Below are positions 51,973-64,000 of a stretch of DNA of 64,000 nucleotides, piece by piece; position 1 is the stretch's first letter; the number at the start of each line of letters is the position of its first letter. The notes under the pieces were generated by a model that had not been told where the DNA came from, did not search any database, and saw only the letters and a program-made list of their open reading frames with translations. The DNA comes from Heptranchias perlo (lineage: Eukaryota): positions 23,994,001 to 24,058,000 of the forward strand of contig NC_090332.1 in the NCBI RefSeq assembly GCF_035084215.1. The letters are read 5' to 3'. The position numbers and the translations under genes are program-made.

Positions 51973-53607
51973 ATTGTGATGACAAACCTAGGAGGACTCA
52001 AAGGGAGCTAAGTTTAATAGGTATATATATATATATGTGTAAGTTTAAACATGACAGGCAGGCATGATGGAAGTAGTGTGTTGTCAAAGTGTGTCAGGAA
52101 GTAGGTGTAACACTTAAAGGAAGTGTATGCCCTTTGAAACACTTTTAATATGACATAGATTTGAATCTTAAAGCTGCTAGAAGTCCCAGGTTTGATTCCT
52201 TGTCTATGATGAGTTAGCTAAAAGTAAATTACTTAAATATACCTATTATACTCATCTCTAGCTAGGTTAGCAGTAGAAAGACTAGAAATCCCCTCATTCC
52301 CCATGGGCTATGGGATAATGCCAGAGTTCCATCTCTTGATCACTATCCAGTAATTCCTGGAGAAAAGTACCTATGTGTGGACGTTAGATGAGAACAGGAG
52401 AAAGGGCAGCTGTGAAGCAGCTGCATGGGTGAATATGAAAAGTGGCCACTTGGACAAGGTACCAGAGAGCTGCCAGCACCTATGGAACCTTTCCCTAAAG
52501 ACCCAGTGCCATTGGAAAGAAGGGGAGGAATGTTGGGGGCGGGTGGCGGGATTGACCAGGCCTTGTAGTTGCTTTCCCTGCCTCCTGTTGGGAAAATTGA
52601 CTGTAATGTGGTGCCAAGAACTGCAAATGGCTCGTGCAAATTTGGAGGAGGTGTGTTTTATAGGGGTGCTTGATTTAAAAGACCTAAAAGTTAGATGGAG
52701 GGAGAACTTGACTAACTACTGCTGCTATGCTCCAATTTTTAAAAAGATTTTGAAGTTGCAACCTGGAGTGTTGGTTTAAACGAATGATCAAGAATTAATT
52801 TCTGTCTTTTCCAGATGTTCAGAACACATCTGTCAAAAGTAGCAGATGTTGGCAGGAAATAGAAAAATCTCAACCTCTTTGTCAGTTTCTGAAATGCTCC
52901 TCGACTTTCTTACATTTTCACCTTTTTTTTGTAACAGTGGGTGGGTCAAGTAATGATACACAGCGGCCGAGCGAGGCAGATAGATGCAACAAAATCCGCT
53001 GCACTGTGTTATTTCTCAAGCAGACTGTCTCCTGTTTATTGCTGTCACTGTTTTCCCCTCCCCCCACCTGGAGGCAAAGTACTGCTTTGAGCTGTTCAAA
53101 TTGCAGCACAGAGCAGCTGTTTATCCTTGGGAACACCTGTGAACCACTTGTAGCCCATGGGCAGACAGCCTAATATTAACTATCTGTCCAAGTGAACAAG
53201 ACTCCCCTTGTGTGTCAAACACATTCATATCAGATTAGATGCAGGCTGTGCAGCTTACGCTGGGTTTTACTTTACCTTAGTTGGCCAGTATTTGTCAAAA
53301 AACCTTCTACTTCGATTTTTAAAAAAACTCATTTCCACCGAATGACCTATATTTAGCTTTGAGCAGACTACACTAGGCATTAACCTAGATTTCTTTTGGT
53401 GAGCTTCATTTTTGTTGTTGTTGCTTGTTTTAAGGGATATATCAGTGTCAGGATAGATACTGACCCAAAAATTGTGCTACTGAGTGCCCATGTGGGCCAC
53501 TATGATAGAGTGGCACTGCAGAAGTTACTGCATCTGCTGCAGTGCAGACCTTTTGCAATGCCTTGAGATTATAAAAACTGCCATGGTCTTTTAGAGCCAA
53601 AGATGTA

Positions 53608-55582
53608 GGGGGCTAAATTGGGCTGCACAGCGCCCTTTCTGTAGGCGCTACGCGGACGCATAAGCCACGAATATGGCATCCGAGATTTCTGGCGTGGTGT
53701 GTGCAGGACGCCATCTTGGTAAAGGTGGTTGCGCGCGCACCTAATGAACGCCGGCAGCATGTAGAGTAGGGAGATTATGACGTAAATCAGTGTGCAACGC
53801 TGATTCAAAGGGACCGTTGCTATTTGGGAAATCCACACATCAGCCAACGCACCGTCTTAACTGCGCACAACTGAACCGGTCTTAAATGGCATAAAGGACT
53901 CCCCCCACTAGCGCTATTTAAAGGGATCATGCAAGAGTTACAAGTTAGTTGCTGGATTATTGCTTCTGGCTGCTGATGCATTTGTACTTGTTTTTGTAGG
54001 TCTTCTATACTTGAATACTAGGACTAGGGGACATAGCCTAAAAATTAGAGCCAGAATTTACAGGAGTGAAGTTAGGAAACACTTCTACACGCAAAGGGTG
54101 GTAGAAGTTTGGAACTCTCTTCTGCAAACGGCAGTTGATGCTAGCACAATTGTTAAGTTTAAATCTGATATTGACAGATTGTTGTTAACCAAACGTATTA
54201 AGGGATATGGGGCTCAGGCAGATATATGGAGTTAGGTCACAGATCAGTCATGGTCTTATTGAATGGCGGAACAGGCTCGAGGGGCTAAATGGCCTACTCC
54301 TGATCCTATCTTCCTATAATAAAGTTTCAATACTCTACAGGGAGTGAGCTGGCCAGCTGACAGACAACAGCAAGGGCACTGGCGGAGTGGCAGGGGTGGG
54401 ACAGGAATGCTGTCATCCTGAGAGAGGACAGCAGGTTCGTGTTCCATGGAGCCACTGCCACTTGCTGCCTCCTGTTATGCACAACCTTCTCCTTCAAGAA
54501 AGCAGGAAGTGTGTCAGTGAGTGTCCTGCAAGATGTTTGGGTGATGTGGTTGTCATGGTTGAATAGCTGCTAGTGTGTATGACCTGTGAGCTGTGGGTGT
54601 GTGGCTTGCAACAGTAGTAATGTATGAGGGTGAGATGAAGCATCTGATTGGAAGAGTTGCGTACTGATTGAAAGAGTTTGTTGGTATATGGGTAATGGGG
54701 GTGTAGTGCATGGAGCAGTGGATACGGCTAGTGGTACAGTTGGTAGGAGATGCCACTTGAAACTTGAACTCACGCACCTTGACAGCTCATGTTAAATCAT
54801 TGAACTTCTTTCTGCACTGCATCCATGTTTGTGGTGCTATGCTCCTGGCATTGACCCTGTCTGCTACTGCCTCCCAATGCCTCGGAAGCATATGTCTGGA
54901 GGGCCTCTTACCCCACCCCTGCAGATAAAGGATGCCCCTCCTTCAGTCCACCTCTTGCATCAAAGTCTGTAGTGCATCATTAGAGTACCTTGGTGCACAC
55001 TCTCTCACAGACCCCGTACAAACTCAGATCGGTGGATTGGTGGGGTCTGGCCTGCAGATTAGAAGATGCGGGATGTAGTTTTGTGAAACTTTTATTCAAT
55101 ATTTTAAAATAATACAACAGTTTTTAAACATAAGGATGAGACCTGTATCTGTGTTTTGCATGTGCGATTTCTGATCTCCGTTCAGACCCGTTATCTTATA
55201 TTTTGAAAATATAAGAGTTCCGCAAACTTTGAGCAGCCAGGTTGTTGCTCATTAAAAATTCAGAAGTTCCCATCATCACCATGCTTCACTATAATCCAGC
55301 ACTGATTTACTTCCCAATGGACTTAAATCACTTCCTGCAGCCACAATGCACCTCCCCTTTAAGAGGTGCAGGCTACCTTTAAATGGTACCTGCCACTCTA
55401 GGTATCAGGGCCCCCTGCTGGTGCGTGCAGCCACTCAACAGTGCAGGTAGCGCTGGCTGCACGCAGCAATCACTGAAATCATCAGGCAGCACGAATGTTA
55501 CTTGCTGCCTGCATCGCGACCAACGTTAATCGCGCATCGCGATCCCAGCACCCGTTTTTGAGGGTTATCCAATATAACCCCC
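53608..55582. mobile_element. Harbinger non-autonomous copy, same family as 7463-10334, internally deleted, carrying a CR1 3' fragment
   Basis: GGGGGCTAAATTGG / CCAATATAACCCCC; flanks GTA/GTG. Left ~400 bp collinear with 7463-7870, right part with 9590-10334. Confidence 0.85.
54012..54318 (+). mobile_element. CR1 LINE 3' fragment nested in the Harbinger element
   Basis: TRGHSLKIRAR..RKHFYTQRVVEVWNSL..FKSDIDR..IKGYG, then ggcctactcctgatcctatcttcctat tail. Confidence 0.85.
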
Positions 55583-55789
55583 GTGATGTGATGTGCTGTT
55601 GTAGGATGGGTACTTGATTGAAGGATTTGCATGTTATGTGAAGGTGGGAGAGAATGAATTATGGGAATGGTGACAAAAGTAGACTGTATTAAACAGATGA
55701 GAGCACTTCATTGATAAGTTGAGTTCAGATACTCCTTGTAGCTGTCATGGAGGAGTCCTCTGAGTGACGGTTATTCTGATGCTCCACTC

Positions 55790-56225
55790 CATGCTCTTCT
55801 ATCTTCAAAGCAGCCAGGGAAACCTCCCTAGGAATCTCCATGTCTGGGCCTTTATTGGATGGCAAAGTTGTATAGGGCACAGCAAGCTACAGCCACGTGG
55901 GATACATATTCTGGAGCATATTGCAGAGCCCTTCCTGATCTATCAAGGCAAAAAAATACCCCTTTAAGGCCCCTATGGTTCTCTCTCTGAAAACTCAGGC
56001 ATGTAACTCGTATTGCTCCTTAGCTGCTCCTGTTGCAGCTCTGAGGAGGGTCATTATCCATGGTGGCAAGGCGTTCTTGTCACTCACAAGATATTTGTTC
56101 ACTTAGCTGTTCTCCTTGAAGAGCACAAGGAGGGCAGAATTCCTGAGGATGAAGGCATCATGACAACTCCCAGCAAATCTGGCATTGATATGAAAAATTC
56201 TTTGCATCTGATCATACACAGTGTG
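55790..56225 (-). pseudogene. Highly decayed HARBI1-like transposase C-terminal fragment
   Basis: Manual minus-strand translation gives ARFAGSCHDAFILRNSAL (~56130-56185) and ERTIGALKG..CLDRSGRALQYAPEYVSHVAVACCALYNFAIQ (~55855-55990); not captured in the ORF track. Confidence 0.75.
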
Positions 56226-56842
56226 GAGACAATGAGAAAGACACAAGGGTAACAAAGGGTGAGGGAGTCAAAAGAGCCGATTTTAACTTGGGGTGGGAAT
56301 CAGTGACCGGAATCACAGCTTTTGCTGGTGGGTTAGAGACTCTTCAGGCCCGTAGTTAAAATAGCGTGAGCATCCAGATGACATCATCAAGACGTGACTC
56401 TGACATTTAAATTAGGCCACCGTTCCTCTGGGGCAGGTGACTTCTCCGTACCTGAATTCAGGCAAGTAAAAGAGGCAGAGGTGGGGGTGGAAACGCGTCA
56501 CGGAACACAGGCCTAATCCCCCGGCCATCTTAACACTCCACCCACGCCATTTGCTTTATTTCCTGTGACAGCTGTTCTATAGTCTTGACATCAAATCAGG
56601 GTGTTCTTAAGTGAATAAGGTTCTCTTTACTGACATTCTGATGGATTTCAGGGTATTTTCTTTTCCCTGCTGACATGAAATCTTGCTGCTTTGCCCTGCC
56701 ACTTTAAAAATTATCTTCTGCCGAAAATCACTACTCGGAAGCTTTGCAGGGTATTTGTCTGCACATTGTAGGCTTCTACACTGCTCACCTGAGCTCAGGC
56801 TTCCCCATTTCCTCCACACGCTCTCCCAAGACCCAAGATGCT

Positions 56843-58152
56843 TTTTAAAAATTATTCGTTCATGGGATGTGGGCGTCGCTGGTGAGGCCGGCATTTATTG
56901 CCCATCCCTAATTGCCCTTGAGAAGGTGTGGTGAAGGTTCTCCCACAATGCTGTTAGGTAGGGAGTTCTATGATTTTGACCCAACGATGATGAAGGAACG
57001 GCGATATATTTCCAAGTCGGGATGGTGTGTGACTTGGAGGGGAACATGCAGGTGGTGTTCCCATGTGCCTGCTGCCCTTGCCCTTCTAGGTGGTAGAGGT
57101 CGCGGGTTTGGGAGGTGCTGTCAAAGAAGGCTTGGTGAGTTGCTGCAGTGCATCCTGTGGATGGTACACACTGCAGCCACGGTGCGCTGGTGGTGAAGGG
57201 AGTGAATGTTTAGGGTGGTGGATGGGGTGCCAATCAAGTGGGCTGCTTTGTCCTGGATGGTGTCGAACTTCTTGAGTGTTGTTGGAGCTGCGCTCATACA
57301 GGCAAGTGGAGAGTATTCCATCACACTTCTGACTTGTGCCTTGTAGATGGTGGAAAGTCTTTGGGGAATCAGGAGGTGAGTCACTTGCCGCAGAATACCC
57401 AGCCTCTGACCTGCTCTTGTAGCCACAGTATTTATGTGGCTGTCCAGTTAAGTTTCTGGTCAACGGTGACCCTCAAGATGTTGATGGTGGGGGATTCGGC
57501 GATGGTAATGCTATTAAATGTCAAGGGGAGGTGGTTAGATTCTCTCTTGTTGGAGATAGTCATTGCCTGGCACTTGTCTGGCACGAATATTACTTGCCAC
57601 TTATCAGCCCAAGCCTGGATGTTGTCCAGGTCTTGCTGCATCCAGGCACGGATTGCTTCATTATCTGAGGGGTTGCGAATGGAACTGAACACTGTGCAAT
57701 CATCAGCAAACATCCCCATTTCTGACCTTATGATGGAGGGAAGGTCATTGATGAAGCAGCTGAAGATGGTTGGGCCTAGGACACTGCCCTAAGGAACTCC
57801 TGCAGCGATGTCTGGGGCTGAGATGATTGGCCTCCAACAACCACTACCATCTTCCTTTGTGCTAGGTATAACTCCAACCACTGGAGAGTTTTCCCCCTGA
57901 TTCCCATTGACTTCAATTTTACTAGGGCTCCTTGGTGCCACACTAGGTCAAATGCTGCCTTGATGTCAAGGGCAGGTCACTCTCACCTCACCTCCGGAAT
58001 TCACCTCTTTTGTCCATGTTTGGACCAAGGCTGTAACGAGGTCTGGAGCCAAGTGGTCCTGACGTAACCCAAACTGAGCATCGGTGAGCAGGTTATTGGT
58101 GAGTAAGTGCCGCTTGATAGCACTGTCGAAGACTCCTTCCATCACTTTGCTG
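56843..58152 (-). mobile_element. CR1-group (L2/Crack-like) LINE, RT and 3' end
   Basis: ALDIKAAFDLVWHQG, GV(P)*GSVLGPTIFSCFINDL, MFADDCTVF, RAGQRLGILR..IYKAQVRSVMEYSPLA; 3' tail ..cccacatcccatgaacgaataatttttaaaaa. Confidence 0.85.
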
Positions 58153-60306
58153 CTTTAAGCTACCAGAGACCTTTAAGGCCTGCATCATGCCTCAATTTCC
58201 TGTGCTCTCATGACTGACCCCAATAGGGCAACCTTCGCGCCTGCCTACATATTGTCAACATTATGCAAATTAACCTCAAGAGGAAATCCGAGAAGTGATG
58301 TCAGGCACATGGCTATACCAGTGCACTGCCCAAACGTAGCACTGTTTTCCATTGGCCCACGGGTAAATTGGCCCTAGAATGTCAGCAGTCTATTTGATAT
58401 GGAGGAACGTGATAGTCAAATCTACTCACACGATGCCCACACAAGCACACTCTTGTGTAGGAGTCAGTAGATAGCCATGTGAAGTGAGAATCCCGGCTGA
58501 TTTTTCCCTTACCTAATCCATTGGTCCTGAGACCAACTAGAACATCCCAATGCTGCCCCACCTGAGCTCAGCTAATTCAACAAAAACAGCAGACATAATC
58601 CAAGACCTTGTGGTCTGTATGGCTTAGTGCCACACTGACCAATGCATTTACCAACTGAACCCCTAACCTTTTCTTTTTAACACATGCCTCCCTTCTAAAG
58701 GGCTGATCTCCGCAACCCCCCCCCCCCTCACAACTTACTGCCCCATGCCACCATATTTTTGTCTGTTTACTATAAAAAGCAGTCAGAGACTGTGTTACAA
58801 AGAAAAGGGCAAGTCCCAATTGTTTTATTAAAAGGCCCATGGCTATTGGACTCGCTGCACAAGGCCACTTCTCTCTCATCTGATGTCAACATAATGTCCC
58901 TTTGATTGAACTATCTATATTCTGGTCTCTCAAGGGAAGCCATTTCAACTAAGGGCCTCTATTCAGAGAAAGAATGCTAATAAGAAAACAATGAGCAACA
59001 AACAAATGGTAAGGACTTTACATTGAAAGTACCTCCTCCTACAGTTGACTTCCCCTTTAAGTAAATAATGAGCTGTACCGGACAAGGACTGTAACAGTAA
59101 ACACTGCTGTATTGGTACAAGGCCCCACAAATAATAGAAGACTTGAAAGATGGTGTGTCCTCACATTATTTAAAGGGAGTAAGCATCCTGCATTTGTTTT
59201 CTTTTCTTTGATGTCTTGAAGGGAAATGAGCCATAGAAATGATGAAAACAGTCAGCCATTGTTTATATGGAAGCGTAGCCCTGATGCTCTCCATCCTGTC
59301 CTCTCTTTCTACTTTTGGGTCCTCTCTTCCTTAAAAGTCAAAAAAATAAAATATTTTCCAGCTGGAGCATCAACCTAAGGCTTCTGGAATGATTGTTGGC
59401 AATCTGTGTTAACTCCTTTCTGGAGGATAATAGCAGACGTCTAGGGAAAGAAGTCCTTTAGACAGCACCACTCATTGCAGATTACAAATGAATGGACCAA
59501 ACCCCTGGGGGGGCATGACCTTTAACTTCTGGATCATTTTTGCCTCATCTTTTGCCTATTATCTTAAGTAAGACTGAATGTTCAAGGATTAGCTAGCTGA
59601 CTTGTGCCCAATATTTCGTGACAGCTACAAGGAGTTGCTTAATCAGCATTTTATTTTTAAAGACTATTAAGAATCGCCAAAAGTAGGTGTTTGAAAAGTT
59701 TAATAATGATAAAATCTCAGATATTTTCAGTGTAGAAAGGTTTTTGGGCATGGTTATACTATAGGTGCTGATCTGAGACGGTTCTGAGAGATGAGGCATT
59801 GGCAGAGTTATATTGCTGTCTGTGGATCATTTTATAGTCATGGAGTTCTGATCAACAGCCGGTTAAATTTTAATATCACCAAACAACTGATCAAAGTCAG
59901 GTCTCTGCTAACCGTAAAAAGATAAAAGATGAAATTTGGGAACTTTTTAAACGTTGCTGCGTACCAGTTGCAGTTACATTGCAGTGAGTGTGAAACTGAA
60001 TCAGATTGAGGCTATCGTCTGGAAATATTCTCATACCATTAGCCTAAATATGATTCTGGCGCTTTCAAACCTGAATTATATTCCACAGCTTCACTTTGAT
60101 GAAAATTGTATGGCATAAATATTAAAGACTTTAACTTCCTTTCATTTATTTTTACTGCCTTTTCCATTACCTTTTCTCTTCCAGGTTTTAATTCTTCAGA
60201 TCCACATTTTCCTCTTCAGTCAGAATGTCACCCAGCCCAGCTTATGGATTTCCACGGATGTTGGTTAATGCTGCTCTTTGGTCAACCATGAGGAGGCACA
60301 CTTGAT

Positions 60307-62755
60307 AAGAACATAAGAACATAAGAAATAGGAGCAGAAGTAGGCCTCACAGCCCCTCGAGCCTGCTCCGTCATTCATTCAGATCATGGCTGATCTTCGA
60401 CCTCAACTCCACTTTCCCGCCCGATCCCCATATCCCTTGATTCGCCTAGAGTCCAAAAATCTATCTATCTCAGCCTTGAATATATTCAATGACTCAGCAT
60501 CCACAGCCCTCTGGGGTAGAGAATTCCAAAGGTTCACAACCCTCTGTGTGAAGAAATTCCTCTTCATCTCAGTTTTGAATGGCTGACCCCTCATCCTGCA
60601 ACTATGCCTCCTATTCTAGACTCTCTAACCAGGGGAAACAATCTCTCAGCATCTACCCTGTCAAGCCCCCTAATAATCTTATATGTTTCAATGAGATCAC
60701 CCCTCATTCTTCTAAACTCCAGAGACTATAGGCCCATTCTACTCAACCTCTCCTCATAGGACAACCCTCTCATCCCAGAAATTAATCTAGTGAACCTTCG
60801 TTGTACCGCCGCCATGGTAAGTATATCCTTCCTTAGATAAGGAGACCAAAACTGCACCCAGTACTCCAGGTGAGGTCTCACCAAAGCCCTGTAGAACTGT
60901 AGTAAGACTTCCTTACTCTTGTATTCCAACCCCCTTGCAGTAAAGGCCAACATGGCATTTGCTTTCCTAATTGCCTGCTGTACCTGCATTCTAACTTTTT
61001 GTGTTCTTGTATGAGGACACCCAAGTCTCTCTGAACACCAACATTTAATAGTTTCTCACCATTTAAAAAATATTCTGTTTTTCTATTCTTCCTACCAAAG
61101 TGAATAACCTCACATTTCCCTACATTATACTCCACCTGCCACCTTCTTGCTCATTCACATAATCTGTCTATATCCCTTTGCAGACTCTTTGTGTCCTCCT
61201 CAAGCATACTTTCCCACCTAGCTTTGTATCATCAGCATTACACTTGGTCCCTTCATCTATGTCATTAATATAGACTGTAAATAGCTGAGGCCCAAGCACC
61301 GATCCTTGCGCCACTCCACTAGTTACAGCCTGCCAACCTGAAAATGACCCGTTTATCCCTACTCTCTGTTTTCTGTCCTTTAACCAATCCTCTATCCATG
61401 CTAATATATTACCCCCAACCCCAGGAGCCCTTACCATGTGTAACAACCTTTTATGTTGCACCTTATTGAATGCCTTTTGAAAATCCAAATATACTACATC
61501 CACTGGTTCCCCTTTATCTACCCTGCTAGTTACACCCTCAAAAAACTCTAATAAATTTGTCAAACATGATTTCCCGTTCATAAAACCATGTTGACTCTGC
61601 CTAATCATATTATGATTTTCTAAGTGCCCTGTTACCGCTTCCTTAATAACGGATTCCAGCATTTTCCCGACGACCGATGTCAGACTAACTGGCCTGTAGT
61701 TCCCTGTTTTCTCTCTCCCTCCTTTCTTGAATAGTGGGATAATATTTGCTACCTTCCAGTCAACTGGAACTGTTCTAGAATCTAAAGAATTTTGGAAGAT
61801 CATAACCAATGCATCCGTTATCGCTGCAGCCACCTCTTCTGGAACCCTAGGATGTAGGCCATCTGGTCCAGGGGATTTGTTGGCTTTTAGTCCCATTAGT
61901 TTGTCCAGTACTTTTTCTCTAGTGATATTAATTGTTTTAAGTTCCTCACTCTCATTTACCCCTTGGTTCCCCACTATTTTTGCTTTTATGCTTTTTGTGT
62001 CTTCTACTGTGAAGACATATACAAAATATTTGTTTAATGTCTCTGCCATTTCCTTATTCCCTATTATAATTTCTCCTGTCTCAGCCTCTAAGGTACCAAT
62101 GTTTACTTTTGCTACTCTTCCTTTTTATGTACTTGGAGAAGCTCTTACAATCTGTTTTTATATTTCTTGCTAGTTTACTTTCATATTCTATTTTCTCCCT
62201 TTCTATCATTTTTTTGGTCATCCTTTGTTGGCTTCTAAAAAGCTCCCAATCCCCAGGCGTGTTATTCTTCTTGGCAGCATTATAGGCCTCTTCTTTCAAT
62301 ATAATACTCTCCTTAACTTCTTTAGTTAGCCACGGGTGGATCACTTTTCCCGTGGAGTTTTTATTTCTCAATGGAATGTATATTTGTTGAGAATATTGAA
62401 ATATTTCTTTAATTTAATTTCCCAATCTACATTTGACAACTTACCCCTCATACTTATGTAATTGGCTTTATTTAAATTTAAGACTAGTTTCTGACTTAAG
62501 TACATTACTTTCAAACTGAATGTGAAATTCTGTGAGATTACTAATTAACTCTCTCTCATTACATAATACAAGATCTAAAATAACCTATTCCCTGGTAGGT
62601 TCCATGACGTATTGCTCTAGGAAACCGTCTCGAAAATATTCCATGAACTCGTCTTCCAATCTACCTTTGCCAATTTGATTTGCCAAGTCTATATGCAGAT
62701 TAAAGTCCCCCAGGATGACTGCATTTCCTTTGTTACAAACTCCCATTATTTCTTG
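60307..62755 (-). mobile_element. CR1 LINE ORF2 (partial EN, RT, 3'UTR)
   Basis: 293-aa ORF 61168-62049 [54 protein letters not shown]; EN motif ILGDFN near 62700; (TTCTTATG)n tail. Confidence 0.93.
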
Positions 62756-64000
62756 ATCGATCCTACCTGGTTCCCATTTTTCCTTACATGGCCAGTTTTC
62801 CTTATTTCATCTCCCAGGATTACCTGAGAGATAATAATGGAAACCACTCTCAAAGGATAGCCTACTTCTAGGACAGCCTAGTCTGCACTGAGATTTGAAG
62901 TTGGGTCTCTATGAGTTAGGTGTCCATCACTCTGTCTATGTAACTTCCAGGATACTCTTCATGTTTGTCCATGAATGAAGCTGGTTCTCTTGATACTTTC
63001 TTAACGTCTTACTGACCAGATTAAAAATTGCCACTTAGGCTTTATTCTTTCAGAAATGTTTTCTTCCTGCAGTTGTGATCCTATCTTTTTTGGCAAATTG
63101 CAGAGCCAAGTTTTCGCTTTCTACGGCTAAAGACTCTAACTATTCAAAAGCAGTTAAAGGAGCAGTGCCTTGATTGTTGTAGAAGCAGAAAAGCCAGAAC
63201 AAGACATGTCACACTGAAGTGACAGTGACATATTTGCAACGCGTCGATGCGTTTCATTGTAAAATGTGTCACACCATTGCAGTTCTTGGCAAACGCAGGA
63301 AAGATTTGCTAAACATTTTTTCAGCAAAAACGGTGTGTCTTTAAACCTGTGTTCATCCTGAAAGTGTAAAGATCATCCGGCAGCTTCTAGACATCTGATT
63401 CACATTCTATATATCACCATATGGTTCCTGGCCAACACACTTACCTTATGTTTTTTCTCTGTCAGTTATATATAACACACCATTAAAAAAAAGGACAGTG
63501 CGCCCAGGGTGGGGAAACCACATGACCACTGCTTAGTGTGGGCTTTGCATGGAGAGTATCACTTCCATTGTTTTCAAGAAGTACTGACACAAACAATGAC
63601 CTTGAGAGATGGATGATGTCCTTCCAGGATTTCCTGACAAATTTTTACCAAGAGGGACAGATGTCAAGAGGCATAAAAATAAAATTAAGCTGACTGTGTT
63701 ATAAGCAGACCACTGACTCGTATGCAAAGTTTCAAACCCACTTCAAAGAAACAGAACTCTTCTTAGCCATGTGGTCAGCATTTTCCTAATCATAAATATT
63801 TATAACATTCACTCTCTAACATCACTGCACAGGATTTCAAGGCAGCTCTGAACATCATGTGTGAATTTATAATAAGTAACAAATGGAGAAAAGGAATATG
63901 GAGATAGTTGAAGACTATGGACAGAAATATGAGCTGCATTCCTCTCATTCATTTTTACGGCAATATCTAAAATCAAAGTTATTCGTTTACCAACTTTGCT

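Overview
Vertebrate non-coding DNA (~43% GC by eye), almost certainly a cartilaginous fish (shark-type CR1, Tx1, Penelope, Harbinger, hAT and SINE repertoire; inference). I found no host protein-coding exon I could support: the window looks intergenic or intronic and is a dense, often nested mosaic of decayed transposable elements. Most notable: (1) a U2 snRNA-bounded chimera on the minus strand (U2 nt 1-57, then a Tx1-clade 5'UTR and CCHC ORF1, then U2 nt ~96-3' end; 23034-24547). It has no U2 promoter or 3' box, so it looks like a retroposed U2/Keno-like hybrid RNA, and a second Tx1 3' end inserted at the U2 5' end with a 15-bp duplication. (2) Four intact-looking minimal hammerhead ribozymes in Penelope-like termini (11565, 33923, and a pair on opposite strands in a near-perfect 94-bp inverted repeat at 42078-42270). 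(3) Two Harbinger families with HARBI1-like transposase and Myb/SANT partner genes, plus derived MITEs. (4) A Penelope/Penelope/hAT-Charlie nest at 33706-36780 and a hAT-MITE/CR1 nest at 29491-33433. Boundaries of old repeats are approximate; all calls were made by eye, with no database search.
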